From Daphnia carinata (lineage: Eukaryota), in assembly GCF_022539665.2 (NCBI RefSeq), contig NC_081333.1:4278001-4342000 (forward strand): a stretch of 64,000 nucleotides of DNA, given 5' to 3'. Under the pieces are notes generated by a model, which was not told where the DNA came from, did no database searches, and worked only from the letters and a program-made list of their open reading frames with translations. Positions 14,733-27,155 of this stretch are shown here, in pieces (the first letter of the stretch is position 1; the number at the start of each line of letters is the position of its first letter). The position numbers were made by a program, and so were the translations under genes.

Positions 14733-15774
14733 ATTGCTGTACAATAACCCATAGAATTATGTATGTCAAGAAATGTATTAATTTCAATTCGTATTTGTTT
14801 GCATATTCCATCATTCTGCAGGATCAGTGTTCTGAACTGCAGTTTCAACTAGATGGCTGTGTGCAAACAGTCATAGGATGTCTTGAAGTTGTTAAGTGAG
14901 CTTCAGTCCTTGAAAGCAGAATTAAGGATTGTGTGTGATAAGGGCAGTGAACTATTAACATAGCCTTCTAATACTGAATTCCATGGAATGATTCAATGCT
15001 ATAGAGCCAGGTTAGGATTAAAATATCAAAATAAGCAGAAACCACCATCTCCTTCCCCCTCTCCTACCACCTCCAAAAAAAAAAAAAAAAATTGCATGTG
15101 TTCTTAGTTTGACAGATTGGCGACCTTCGCGTTTGTATTTGGAAATCTTTGGCGCACTCCGAACAAGGCGCAGTACTTAACCAGTTTATTTGGACATGTG
15201 GACACTTACTGGGAGTGGAAACGTATAATTTTCAAGGTTGAAAAACTGCTCCTTCCTCTTGATTATTTTGATGTACAAATCATGTACATCGGTGTTTTGA
15301 CGAAAAACAAAGATGGTTTAGGACACCATCGTTAGCAATTAATCATTTATCTATTAGAAAAATGTAAAAGAAAAAAACTTTGCCCATTGCATCTTTGACC
15401 TGCATGGGGAGAAGTGTTAGTTGATTATTTAAAATACTTATCTGCTAATGCGCTCCGGATCGGCTGTGGTGTCATTAAATATTGGTATTTTAGATGGACG
15501 AAGAACTGCACTATGAACGGTACAGATGATTGCGTGTAAACTTGACACGGTTAAAAGATATCCATAAAAGGAGAAAGGGGAAAGCGCAGGATTTGTAAAC
15601 GTTGCAGCAAAGCAGTATGTCAATGCTAGTCGGTCATTGATAAGCGAAAGAAAACCGGGACACAGTAGAAACACATAATGAAGCCAAACACCAGCTACAT
15701 ATTTAATAAATTTTCATTTATTTAGTTTTTGTTTGTTTGTTTTTTTGCCATTTAGTATTTTTGAAAAGATATTT

Positions 15775-16923
15775 TCACTGATTTTCGTTCTCCCTTGGTT
15801 GTTCTGCCGCTGCGTCTGCAGCTCCAGGCGCCCCTGCTGCACCCCAATCGAAACCTCCGGGACGCTCGTCAGGGGCAGGATTGTAAAGGGGATCCTCGAT
15901 GTGGGTATCGAATAACAGTTTCCTAGAAATGTCGTAAGTCGAATGAAGTTACCAAATTTTAAAACGAAATATGTTTAAATGTGTGAATACAGTAGGCGGG
16001 GAGTGGCCAAAAGTCTTCGACCACCTGGCTGATTGGGAAATACGTCTTCTAGGAAGAAATACAGGTGACCGATTGCGATTCCAAGAATGTCCACCAACAC
16101 ACTGTTCCCCAGTAAAACAGAAAAAGCCACGAGCACCCAGGGCAAATATGGGGCCTGGAGATGGAAACATTTTTTTAATGCGACACAGACTGATTGCATT
16201 ATCCTAGTTACGCGAAAAGGCAACAGGCCGAAGAAATTCATTCTAACATATGGATTCCGCCGTGCCCATATATAGACAAACATTGTGGTAAGAGAGTGTC
16301 CTAAAAACAGCAAGTTTACAAACCAGGCACATATCTAAGAAAACAAACAGTTAAGCATTGCAATAAAATATATCATTTCTTTTCTTTTTAAATTTTTTTA
16401 CCACTGTGGTGATGCAACCAAATATAAACATGTAAACAAAATCAGCTGTCCTGCCCCTGAAGGAACCCTCTTCTAACATTCTGCAATAGCGATAGGTAAA
16501 TATCATATTGAACAGAAAATTGAAGCTAAATGTCCCAAAGAAGAAGAATGGAGTCAATAACCTCCATATCTGGAAAAAAATAAAATCTTCTGCTTTAAAT
16601 ATTGAATAATAATAATTACAGATTTAGGAAAAAAATAAAATCTTCTGCTTTAAATGCTGAATAATAATAATTACAGATTTAGAACTTTTGTTTACCTCCA
16701 ACTTCTGAGTGATGAGCAGAGGATTGAAATACAACTGGAAAGGTGAAACCACATCCAGTTGCTAAACAGTAAAACAATTTCTAATTTGTTAGATCCTGTC
16801 TCAAGCTGGAGTCAAGTATGTATTACTTACGACTGCAATGGAAGTGAGCAAACAAACAGTAGTGTAAGCCCTTGTTACTGGGGGCATCAACATATACTCT
16901 TGTCGTAATGTGTGGTATGCCAT
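15775..16923 (-). CDS. DERL2: Derlin-2 (ERAD rhomboid pseudoprotease), multi-exon
   Basis: Exons translate to [22 protein letters not shown]..., [69 protein letters not shown] and C-terminal [10 protein letters not shown]. These are hallmark Derlin-2/3 sequences. Confidence 0.95.
16572..16681. repeat. 55-bp tandem duplication (2 copies) in a Derlin-2 intron
   Basis: ggaaaaaaataaaatcttctgctttaaat(at/gc)tgaataataataattacagattta at 16572-16626 and 16627-16681, with two mismatches. Confidence 0.9.
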
Positions 16924-18607
16924 TGTATATTATTTTTTCTTATTGTTGATTTCATCAAAAGTGTAAATGGGTGATTTCACTGATTGTTTACACCTTGTAC
17001 TGAGTTTTGCCTGCTCAAACGCGAACGTTAATAAATAGAAGGGTACAAAAACAGCTTTGACTAGCCATACATACAATCAGACGAGCTGTTATCCAAATTT
17101 GCAAGGATTTCGTGGAACGCATAAGATCATCGTTTTCAAGGATCAAACTGATTTGTTTTGGGTAGTTGTGCAGTACCATACGTTGACGTGGACGAACGGT
17201 ACAGGCAGCGAGCCCAATCAAGAATTCAAGATGTCAAAAAAGACAAAACTGTCGGATTTTGGTAAGTTTGGCAACGATGCCAATGGTCCTCACTTTTAAT
17301 ATATTCATTGCAGACAGCATTTCGATTTACACCGCTTTGAAAATTGAACTAGAACAACTCCGATTTTGTTCGTAGTTATTTAGATTAAGAGTTTAATTTT
17401 ACGTTCTTTTTGTCCTTAAATTGTATTGCGTAATTGATAATTATGCAAGGATGCAGTAGCCAACAATGATTAAAGAGATATGTTAGCTAGTGCTGATTAA
17501 ACACTTGAGGTACATACGAGCGTTGTGTTTGTACGCTGGGTAAGTATAGCTGTTCGCCGAAATTCGTCGTCGTTATAGACGTTTGCTATATGTATACGTT
17601 GATATATGTAACCTGAGCATCAACCCTGTCTCAAATGTGAGTTGGGGAGAAAAGGAAACCAAAGTCTAGAATTGCATAAGAATCTGAAGTTTGTCTCCTT
17701 TTGATTTTTGACCATTGTAGACCTGTTGACCCTTCAGATAATACCTATTATTTTCTAGAAATAGATAATAATATAAAAAATAGAATGGATTGGCAGCCAT
17801 CAGATTTATATAGATCCCAGAAACTTTCATTCTTTCATCTTTTCTTCCCCCAACACTATGAGTGTGATGTAATGATTTAAAGCTAAAACCTGGTTTTCCC
17901 TTTTTTTTTTTTTTTATCTGGCAGAGCTGAAGTGCATTGGAACAAGGCCAGCATACCTTCAGAAACTCTATTTTTAGCTTAACTTTACCCTCATTTCTCC
18001 ATTAAATAAGGGTCCCTTCCAAGTAGTCTTTGTGTAGTCTGAAAACCCTTCCTACTTTTCTTAATCTCGCCAACGCCGAACGTAAATTTCGCACCATTTT
18101 GTGTTCAAACTGCAATGTTTTTTTAAAACAACAAAATCAAAGCTTATCGATTGCTTAATTTTTTTTAGGGAAAATGCATAAGGTCAGTCAACTGTGTCGT
18201 TGCCGACACGTCCGTGTGCAGGAAAGTGAGAAAAGGAAACTAGTTTGTCGTAACTCCTGCTTCAGATATCACCGGCGGTACTGCATAACCTCCTAGCTGC
18301 TCATCACTAGATACGAGGATCACGTGACACATGAGTATCGTAAACGACAACCGAATCGTCGCGACGGTCGAACATCCGCCGCACGTGCGCAGTCATATAG
18401 AGGGAGGACGTCAGCAGCACACGCACTTACACCGTCCAATCGGTTTTTGTTGTCTGCCCAAACTAGCCAGTTTGATAAGTCAGCCTCTTGTAGGATACCT
18501 TTTTTATTTCTTTATTGTCCCTACATTGTTGTTATTGTTTCAGTTTTGTTTCACCGTTCATAAAGCTTATCTTCGTCCGTTTTCATTCTACAGCTTCGTT
18601 TACACAG

Positions 18608-20966
18608 ATGAACGTTAACATCGGTGGTGTCGTCTCGGTAGCTCTATTTTACTGTCTGATCCTGGCTGTTGGCATATGGGTAGGATGGAAGCAAAAACAG
18701 AAGTTAAAGTTGGCCCAAAGTGGCGCCAACCGGTCAGAGAACATTATGCTGGCCGGACGTGACATGGGATTATTTGTTGGAGTTTTGACTATGACGGGTA
18801 AAGATCAAATCTTGCCACGATTTAGTACACAAGAGGGGTAAGTTTTGTGTACAATGAACAGGTTTTTAACAACATACAGCCACCTGGGTGGCAGGAGGTT
18901 ACATCAACGGAACTTGCGAAAGCGCTTTCACCGGTGGCTTTCTCAAATGCTCCACAATGGCTTTTGGGTATTCCATGAGCCTTTTACTTGGTACGTGTCC
19001 AATAATTAGCCTTATGAATCCAAATTAAGGCTACGACCCAAATGTTGGTCTTTGTCTTCTTTATACGCAACGCAAGGTGGAATGTTTTTCGCCAAACCGA
19101 TGCGCATGGCTCATGGAGGTCGAGGATACGTTACCATGCTCGATCCATTCCAGGAGAAATACGGATCCCGTGTTGGTGGGCTATTGTTTTTGCCTGCCTT
19201 GTGTGGAGAGATATTCTGGTCTGCCGCTATCCTCTCAGCTCTAGGTAACACATCGGAAATACATTTTCTAACATTTTTTGGCTGTCAAAATGTTTAATTT
19301 TAGCTGTGTTGAAGGATCCATTTTCACCGTTATGCTGGGACTGGACAATACTCTTTCAATAATTATCAGCGCGGCTGTAGCTGTTACCTACACACTGTTT
19401 GGTGGCCTTTACAGTGTTGCCTATACGGACGTCATTCAGCTTGCCTGTGTCCTCTTTGGCTTGGTAATATCTATCAATCGCATCCCGAGGTATTGTTTTA
19501 TACAACACAATTTTTGTTTTTGCGTCATAGCTTTTTTGCATTCCGTTTGTCTGGACTCATCCAGCCGTTAACCATGAGGCCATGAGCCAAGTTGATTGGC
19601 TGGGCACAGTTCCACTCTCTTCCGTCGGAAGCTACATTGACATTTATCTTCTCATCATCCTAGGTGGCGTTCCATGGCAAGTGTACTTTCAGCGAGTATT
19701 AGCTTGTCGATCTCCTCAACAGGCGCAGTACTTATCCTACATTGCTGCCTTGGGCTGCCTTATCCTGGCCGTCCCACCGGCCATTCTGGGTTCCGTTGCT
19801 CGTGTTGCCGGTAAAAAATTAAAAATGAAATAACAGATACTAATGTTTTCAGAAAATATTGACAGCTCTTACCTATTTTGCCTTTGCAGATTGGAAAAAC
19901 GGAACGGTATATGGCCAAGATATCACGACACCCGAAGAGATTAAATCGATTCTTCCGTTAATTCTTCAATACCTGACGCCGAAGGTATTCACGAATGGGT
20001 TTCTTTTTATTGCGTCATTTTAAAAGTGTGTTTTTCCTATTCTTTTTCTCTTAGTGGGTATCGTTTATCGGTCTCGGCGCCGTGTCGGCAGCTATCATGT
20101 CTTCGGCAGACTCAACTGTCTTGTCTACTAGCTCAATGTTTGTCCATAATATCTACAAAACCGTATTTTTCCCCAAAGTAAAGACTGATGAACAAACTAT
20201 CTTTTTTCACATCTCATACGTGCTCAATAACCCTGTCTTTATTCCTCTTTTTAGTCTTCCGAGCACCATTTAGTCTACGTTATGTGGGTTTCGATCGTCG
20301 TATCAGCAGGTCTAGGCACTGTAATGGCCATAACAGTCAACACTATCTATGGACTGACGTAATGTTTTGCTTGGCGCGCACCAGATTTCTGTTATTTTGT
20401 TTACTATGTCTAACAGTAACAATCATATCTCAACAGATATCTGTGCGCCGATGTGGTCTACGTGGTTCTATTCCCTCAACTCCTCCTTGTCATTTACGCA
20501 GGAGACTATACCAACACTTACGGATGCATAACTGCGTTCGTAACAGGCTTTACCCTCAGGGTTTTAAGTATACGTCGCAAACCATTTTGTTTTTCTCTTT
20601 CCAGTTTTATCTCTTGACTGGTGAAAACTTTGAATTTTAGGCGGGGAACAACTTCTAAATCTTCCAGCAGTCATAAAATTTCCATTCTACGACGAACAAA
20701 CTGGAGAACAACGATTTCCTTTCCGCACGTTTTTAATGCTTGCATCAATTGCAATCCAGTTGATTGTATCAGCTGTCGCCAAAATTGTCTTCCGTCGGGG
20801 CTATTTGTCTCCAAAGTATGATGTCTTCAAGTGCTTTGATGGCAGTAGGTCAATCAGCGTTGCGATTGACAGCAAATTAAATCCAGGTGATGCTAAGGAT
20901 ATTGATGAGGAGACGTTCTTTTTGAACGATTCCCAACCCATTCCTCTACGCGAAAGCTCAAGATGA
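18608..20966 (+). CDS. SLC5A7: High-affinity choline transporter-like (SLC5A7/CHT1, sodium:solute symporter), ~10 exons
   Basis: [100 protein letters not shown] and [10 protein letters not shown] are CHT1 family signatures. It could be a paralog rather than the 1:1 ortholog. Confidence 0.9.
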
Positions 20967-21104
20967 TCGTGTGATGGCATGTGTAATTGCACATCATAAT
21001 TTTAATGCAATGTGAAGCCAATTGGGTAATCCAGAGCTTAATTTGTTACTGTGTTTAATATACGGAAATGTTAAGAAATGATGAGTAGGAACTTCCTGCA
21101 CGTC

Positions 21105-21260
21105 CTAATAGGTGACGAAATGAGTGTGATCTCTTACTGATTGGGTGGCGAAAATGGATTAGGTCTTACTCAATAGGTGGCGAAAATGAATTGATTTCTT
21201 ACTCAATAGGTGGCGAAAATGAATTTAAACTTCTTAGTTATTATTCAATAGGTGGCGTTG
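21105..21260. promoter_or_regulatory. Cluster of five (A/G)GGTG(G/A)CG motifs in ~30-bp degenerate tandem repeats (CTCF-core-like) upstream of HIBCH
   Basis: taataggtgacgaaa, ttgggtggcgaaaatg, caataggtggcgaaaatgaat (x2) and caataggtggcgttg. The function is inferred only from resemblance to the AGRTGGCG core. Confidence 0.5.
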
Positions 21261-21430
21261 AAAGCCAGGCAACAACAACCAGAATTTTTGAAGTTTATTC
21301 ATCCGCCACTAATTCGCAATCAACAACTTATATTAAAAACGGTAAGGACACAGAATTAAATCTTTCGCTGTGACCGTTCAGTTTTAAGTAAATAGTTTTT
21401 ATTTGTTCATTTTAATGGAATTTTACATAG

Positions 21431-22868
21431 ATGCTTGGGCACGCAGGAAGACTCTGTTTTTCCCGTAGCGTAGCCAAAATATCAACTAATGGTCACCGCA
21501 ACTTAATCTCTAGGCAAATGAACCAAGTTCGTCACGTCTCTCGTAACGCCAGTAGCAACGAAGAAGAGGTAATTGTAGAAACACATGGCAACAAATGTGT
21601 CATCACCCTCAACAGGCCCAAAGCATTAAATGCTTTGAACCTAAACATGATCAGAAAGATTACTCCTGCCTTGAAACAATGGGAAAATGAGGAAAAAGTA
21701 TTGATAATTATTCATGGTGCTGGTGGAAAAGCCTTCTGTGCTGGTGGTGATGTTCGCAGCATCATTGAGTCGAGAAACCAACCCACAAGCACTCTGTTCA
21801 GCGATTTTTTCCGGGAAGAATACCAGCTAAATTATCTGATTTCAACACTGCAAACACCCTATATAGCCCTTATTGATGGCATTACCATGGGTGGGGGAGT
21901 TGGCCTGTCTGTGCATGGATATTACAGAGTCTCATCTGAAAAAACACTATTTGCTATGCCAGAAACAGCAATTGGCTTTGTGCCAGAGGTAAAAAAAACC
22001 AATGGTAGTTTAACAGAGAAGAAAAGTATTTTATTTGTTTAGAGTTTGAATTAGGTTGGAGGTACATACTTCCTTCCTAGACTTACTGGCAAACTTGGCA
22101 TGTTCCTTGCATTGACAGGCTACCGCCTGAAAGGTAAAATTTAAGTGAAGCTTAACCAGAAATGGACTAAAATCTAAATACATTTTAAATGGCTTTCAGG
22201 AGCTGATGTCTACCATGCTGGCATTTCCACTCATGCTGTGAATAATAAAGAAGTAAATGACATTAAGGAAGAACTTCTATCGTTGAAAATGAATTCACAG
22301 GCAAAGTTGGTCAACATCAAAGCTATAATTCTGTGCTGAAGGTTTTTTGTTGTGTTTTCTTTTCAGAATGTTGAGATTGAAGGCTGTCTAGCAAAATTTA
22401 CGAAGTCGGCATCGTTTTTACAGCAGCCCTTCTCACTGGAGCCCCATCTGCCATTAATTAACGATTGCTTTTCAGCGCCTTCCGTCGAAGAAATAATTTC
22501 TCGATTGCAAGCTTCAAGCGATCCCTTTGCAAAGGATACATTAGCTACGATTAAAAAGATGTCACCGTTTGCTCTTAAAGTTACGAAACGGGCCCTTGAC
22601 GAGGGTTCGGAACAGACTCTGGCCGAATGTCTGCAAATGGAATACCGACTATCACAACGATTCGTTGCCGATCACGACTTCCCTGAAGGCAAAATACCTT
22701 ATATTTGTTTTGGTAATCGTAACTCAATCATTTTTTCTTATAGGTGTCCGAGCTCTGTTAATTGATAAAGATCAAAACCCTAAGTGGAAGCCGTCCAGCT
22801 TAGAGGAGTGCACTCCTGAAAAGATCCAGTCTTACTTTGAACCGGTCAAGGATGAATTGCAACTGTAA
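21431..22868 (+). CDS. HIBCH: 3-hydroxyisobutyryl-CoA hydrolase, mitochondrial
   Basis: Arg-rich presequence, then [52 protein letters not shown] and [21 protein letters not shown]. Five exons. Confidence 0.95.
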
Positions 22869-23355
22869 TTATGTCCATAGAGTTAAAAGAAATTAAAACA
22901 ATCTATTTGGCGTTACAACTTAATTGTATTTGAATTAGTGATGCCTCAAAGGTTAATTAAAACAACTGTCACACGAGACACATTCAATTCTTGAAAATCA
23001 TTGCTCTAGATATAGATGCTACGGTTAGGAATAACTCGGCAGAGCGGGCAGCAGCATGTCGGGTTACAAGAGTATTGCATTTTGTTTCTCAGGGCAGGAT
23101 TGATCATGTTGATGGTGAAAATTCGTGAGGTGTGTACAACGGCAGAAATATTCACCGTGGGAACGCGGAATGCCTGATTTGAGATTCGAAACGGGTACTT
23201 TCAAATCATCTTAAAATTGACGTCTAGCCTAGTAAAATGAACTCTCATTACAAGCTGCGCGAACAAAGCTAGAGTTATGGTTGTAAAAAACGGAAGGGGG
23301 ACTTGAACAAAGAAACAAGGAACGAGAAACGAGAAACAAGCCCCTAAAGAGCTAA

Positions 23356-26067
23356 TTAATAATCTCCACTGCCTTCTTCCACTTCATCGGAATCGTCAAG
23401 TTGGTTGACAGAGTCTTCTTCGTCATTGTCTCCTAAGGAATTCATAAGGCCATTCCTCTGCAAAACCCGTTCTATTGATGTAACAAAACAGGTAATTGGA
23501 TTATCGTAAAAAAAACTTGTAAATTCTAATTATAAAACATACCGCAATCAGGTTTGCCTCTAGCCCGCGAACCGTTCTGTTCAACACCGTGCTTATCTAC
23601 ACACCAGCAAGTACCAACAGCCGTATGGCACTGGGTAGGTAAAAAGAAACCGTCTGAATCGCAAGTTGGTATATAAGCGCCCAACAATCCTGGCTTAGAA
23701 CGCCTCCGCATGGCAACGCACGGACGATCAGCTTTGCTGAAACACCGGCACCATTCAGAACTTGTCAAGAAGATATCCCTGTTTGGTAAAAATGTTACAG
23801 TAAGCACAACGATTATGACATTTTACTTTTGACATTATTACCTGTTGTCGTCGCATTTATCCAAGAAAGGTTTTAGACAGCTTTCACGTTCATTATGTTC
23901 CAGATCATACAGCTCACTCATTGAGAGCTGATTGTCTTTATTGCTGTCCAAATAACCGAACATCCAAACAACTTCTTTGGCACAGGCTGAAGAGAAATGA
24001 GCTGAAACGAAAGAAAAATCAAGGTACGTTAGTACAAGAAAAAGGATTAGGGGAGAGACTCTACCTCTTGATTTAATGTGCTTCTTCTGTCCAGGTTGAG
24101 CCATGAGCACAGAAAACCAATCCAAGAGCCTGTTGCCCATGGTGTTGAAAGTTGTATCGCTACATTCAGTGTCCACTGGAGAAGAAATCAATAAGTGATT
24201 ATGGACGACGGTAACCGAAAGGTAAAGAGTTTGATTTTTCAAATACCAGATGAAATTGGGGTTTCCTTCTTCTCAATCAAGACATCATTGTAGCCTCGCT
24301 TTCTATATTTGTCAGTCGAAGCATCAAACATTGAGTCGGCATCGTTTACTTTGGACTTTTTCTTGCCAAAGAGCTCCTTCTTGAATTTGGCGACATCGGG
24401 AGCAAAAATAACTTTGGGCTTAAAAGCCGAAGGCTCTTTAGCACCCTCGACGGTAGACTTGTATTTGCTCTCAAACTGCGAAAGTCGTATGGCCTGTTTT
24501 TCTTTCTTGAGCTGCGAGGCGGTTGGGCAAGGACAGAAGCCTTTGCAAGCAACCTTAACAAGAGTGTCGTGCATGCAATTGGCATAATCCATCTTACAAA
24601 TAGAGCTGTACGTGGTATTGTCTGTTGCGCAGATGTACGACGGCTTAACAACCGGACACGGTGCACATTTTCTATAAGAAATATAGCGTTAAAATAATTA
24701 TTAATTATTATTAGCGAGAAAGAAGAAAATAATACTTTAGCAAGGCCGAAGCTGGGGTAGTGAATTTCGTTTTTCGGGAGGGGTTTTCTTCTCCACCATC
24801 AAGATCGTAAAATTCCAAGCCGAGGTCATCATCTACACTGTTTTCTTCGTTCTACACCGAGGGATGTCAGGAACAAGAACGGTCGGCAACAATAATTAAA
24901 AAGATTATTAGATTATTACCTCATTTAAATTTATTGTATCTTTATCGTCGATATCCATTACGTCATCATCTTCTTCATCGTCTTCGATATCGTAATCATC
25001 GTCCTCGTCGTCCAATGAACGGGCAGTTGTGGTCGAGCTACTGCGGCTTTCGCTTTTGGGGATTACTACATCACTATAAAGATATGGTGTCAAAATCCCC
25101 AGTTTTAAAATTGACCGTAAAATGAGAATAGCAATACCCATTTCGTTTTATCTCGGCTCGGCTGACGCAAACAGCGGTGTAATCGTTCTCCAAAAGACAC
25201 CGCTCCTCTTTACGGCATTTCAATGCTTGGCACAGTTCACCTGTTTATTATTCAATGCAAGCGGGTGTTAAAACTCTTGTTTTTTGGCTTTTTTAAAACG
25301 AAATTCTCTTTGAAGGAAACAAAATGTCTTACTTTCGGGATCAAAAATCCACGTCTTCTTATCACCATTCCTTTTGGCACCGTCCAGCTAAAAAAAAAAA
25401 ACAGAGAAAAAAGAATGTCAAGGAAACGTTAGACATCTTCAGTCTTAAATGGACTTTATCGATCGCTCGTTCGGTAAGCTGGATGAATTCCCGGGAGTCG
25501 ACCCGGTTTTTCGAGTCCATGACACACACGTCTCCAAGATGTTGGTTCCTCTGGTTGCTTGATTTTTTTTTTCTTTTATTGTCATTATTTTTTACTAGCT
25601 TATAAAATATGTCACCTTTTTGATCTCTTTATCTTCTTTTAAGAATCCCTTGCAATATTTTGTGTGGCCACTATTTTGTTAAGTTCATCATGAATTTATT
25701 GTACATCTTATTACCTAAACAGGCTTCCACAAATAGTTCATGGTGCTATAAATCAAAGCAAACTTAACAGCCTTTATATTTCCCCAACTCGTTTGCAAGG
25801 ATTTTGACAAACAATTCAACTATCAACATCTTACACGAACACATTAACTAAACTACTTAAGGCAGGTATCAGGAGGGTTTTGTTTGTTAACTTTTCTTAT
25901 CAAGAGGGTAAGGGCTATTACGTGAACCTAACAAGGAATAATTTTATCACTACCGCGTCATCTGCAAATTCGAAGTCTCCTTCAAACTTCTTTCGTTTCT
26001 TGGCTGCCTCTCCACAGCTGATGAAGCTGAGAGCGAGAATGGCGATCACTAAACACACTGATCGCAT
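23356..26067 (-). CDS. Testican/SPOCK-family secreted proteoglycan (Drosophila Cow-like) with Kazal, SPARC EF-hand and thyroglobulin type-1 domains
   Basis: Signal peptide [21 protein letters not shown] then KKFEGDFEF; Kazal-type [14 protein letters not shown]...[20 protein letters not shown] and [15 protein letters not shown]; thyroglobulin-type [17 protein letters not shown]...CWCVDKHG; acidic C-terminus ending EEGSGDY (Ser-Gly GAG site). Confidence 0.92.
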
Positions 26068-27155
26068 TTCTTTGCGAATAAGTATAGTTCCTTCTACAAT
26101 TGAACACTATTCACGGATAAATTGAATGTAGGACAAGGTTGCGAACGAGAACTCCGTTCAGATCAGGAACCACACACAACAACACACACCTGAATAGTGT
26201 TCGTGTCCCCGCTTCGGGGCGTTTTTTAAGAGGGTAGGGAGAATCGGAACTATTTTGACAACAAAAGAAAGACCTATGCGAAGCAGCGTTGCCATGACAC
26301 TTCTCTGGATATTGACAGATTTTGATCTGCTCAGTGCTCACGACTCACGAGCTTCCATGTAATCCTGTTAGCGGTGCACTGAATTGAAGAACATACAAAG
26401 CCGGCTGAATTAGATTGAGCCGAAAACACATTATTGATTCAGAAATGCAAAACGACTACAGTTATTTGATAGTATTTGAAGCACCAATCGTTCCTATTGA
26501 TTTGTTAACACCAAAACCATGTTTGCAACTTTGCATCACACATTCACATAATCACATCTGCATCTTACATCATGAAATGATATTTGGTATATTATCACGG
26601 CCATTGAAATTACAAACCTAAAACATAACAGTCTTAACATGTCAAGAATCTTCCTAATCACTCAGAATTTTTCGTAATTCTTTGACTCTATTTTTTCATT
26701 AGGTTTTCCCGGTTTTTACTTTTAAAACGACAAATTGACGAACGAGAAATGACGATCTGGAAAATAGGTAATCTATTAACTATTACCTATTTACAGATCT
26801 GGCAACAGCGAAATCTTGTTTGTACGTTTAGCGTTGTATTTTCGAACAGGGAATTCTCCAGGGATTAGATGAACATTGTTTTTCACTGATTCTTCGTTAT
26901 TTACACTTTTTTTAATTGGTAAAAACAAAGCTGTTGGTATTTGTCTTTTAGTAATCACCATCTTAACTGAAACAAATTCATGTAGCAAAAGGGTTTGAAA
27001 TCAGTATTTGATCAGTTGCTTGTATTGGCCACTTGTTAGTCACACTTAATATTACAAGCAGTAAATTTTTAATCAAAGGAATTTTTCAAATGAGTTTGAC
27101 AGTGAGAAATTATTATGTATAATTGAGCTAATATTGTTTGTATTATAGAGCAATT

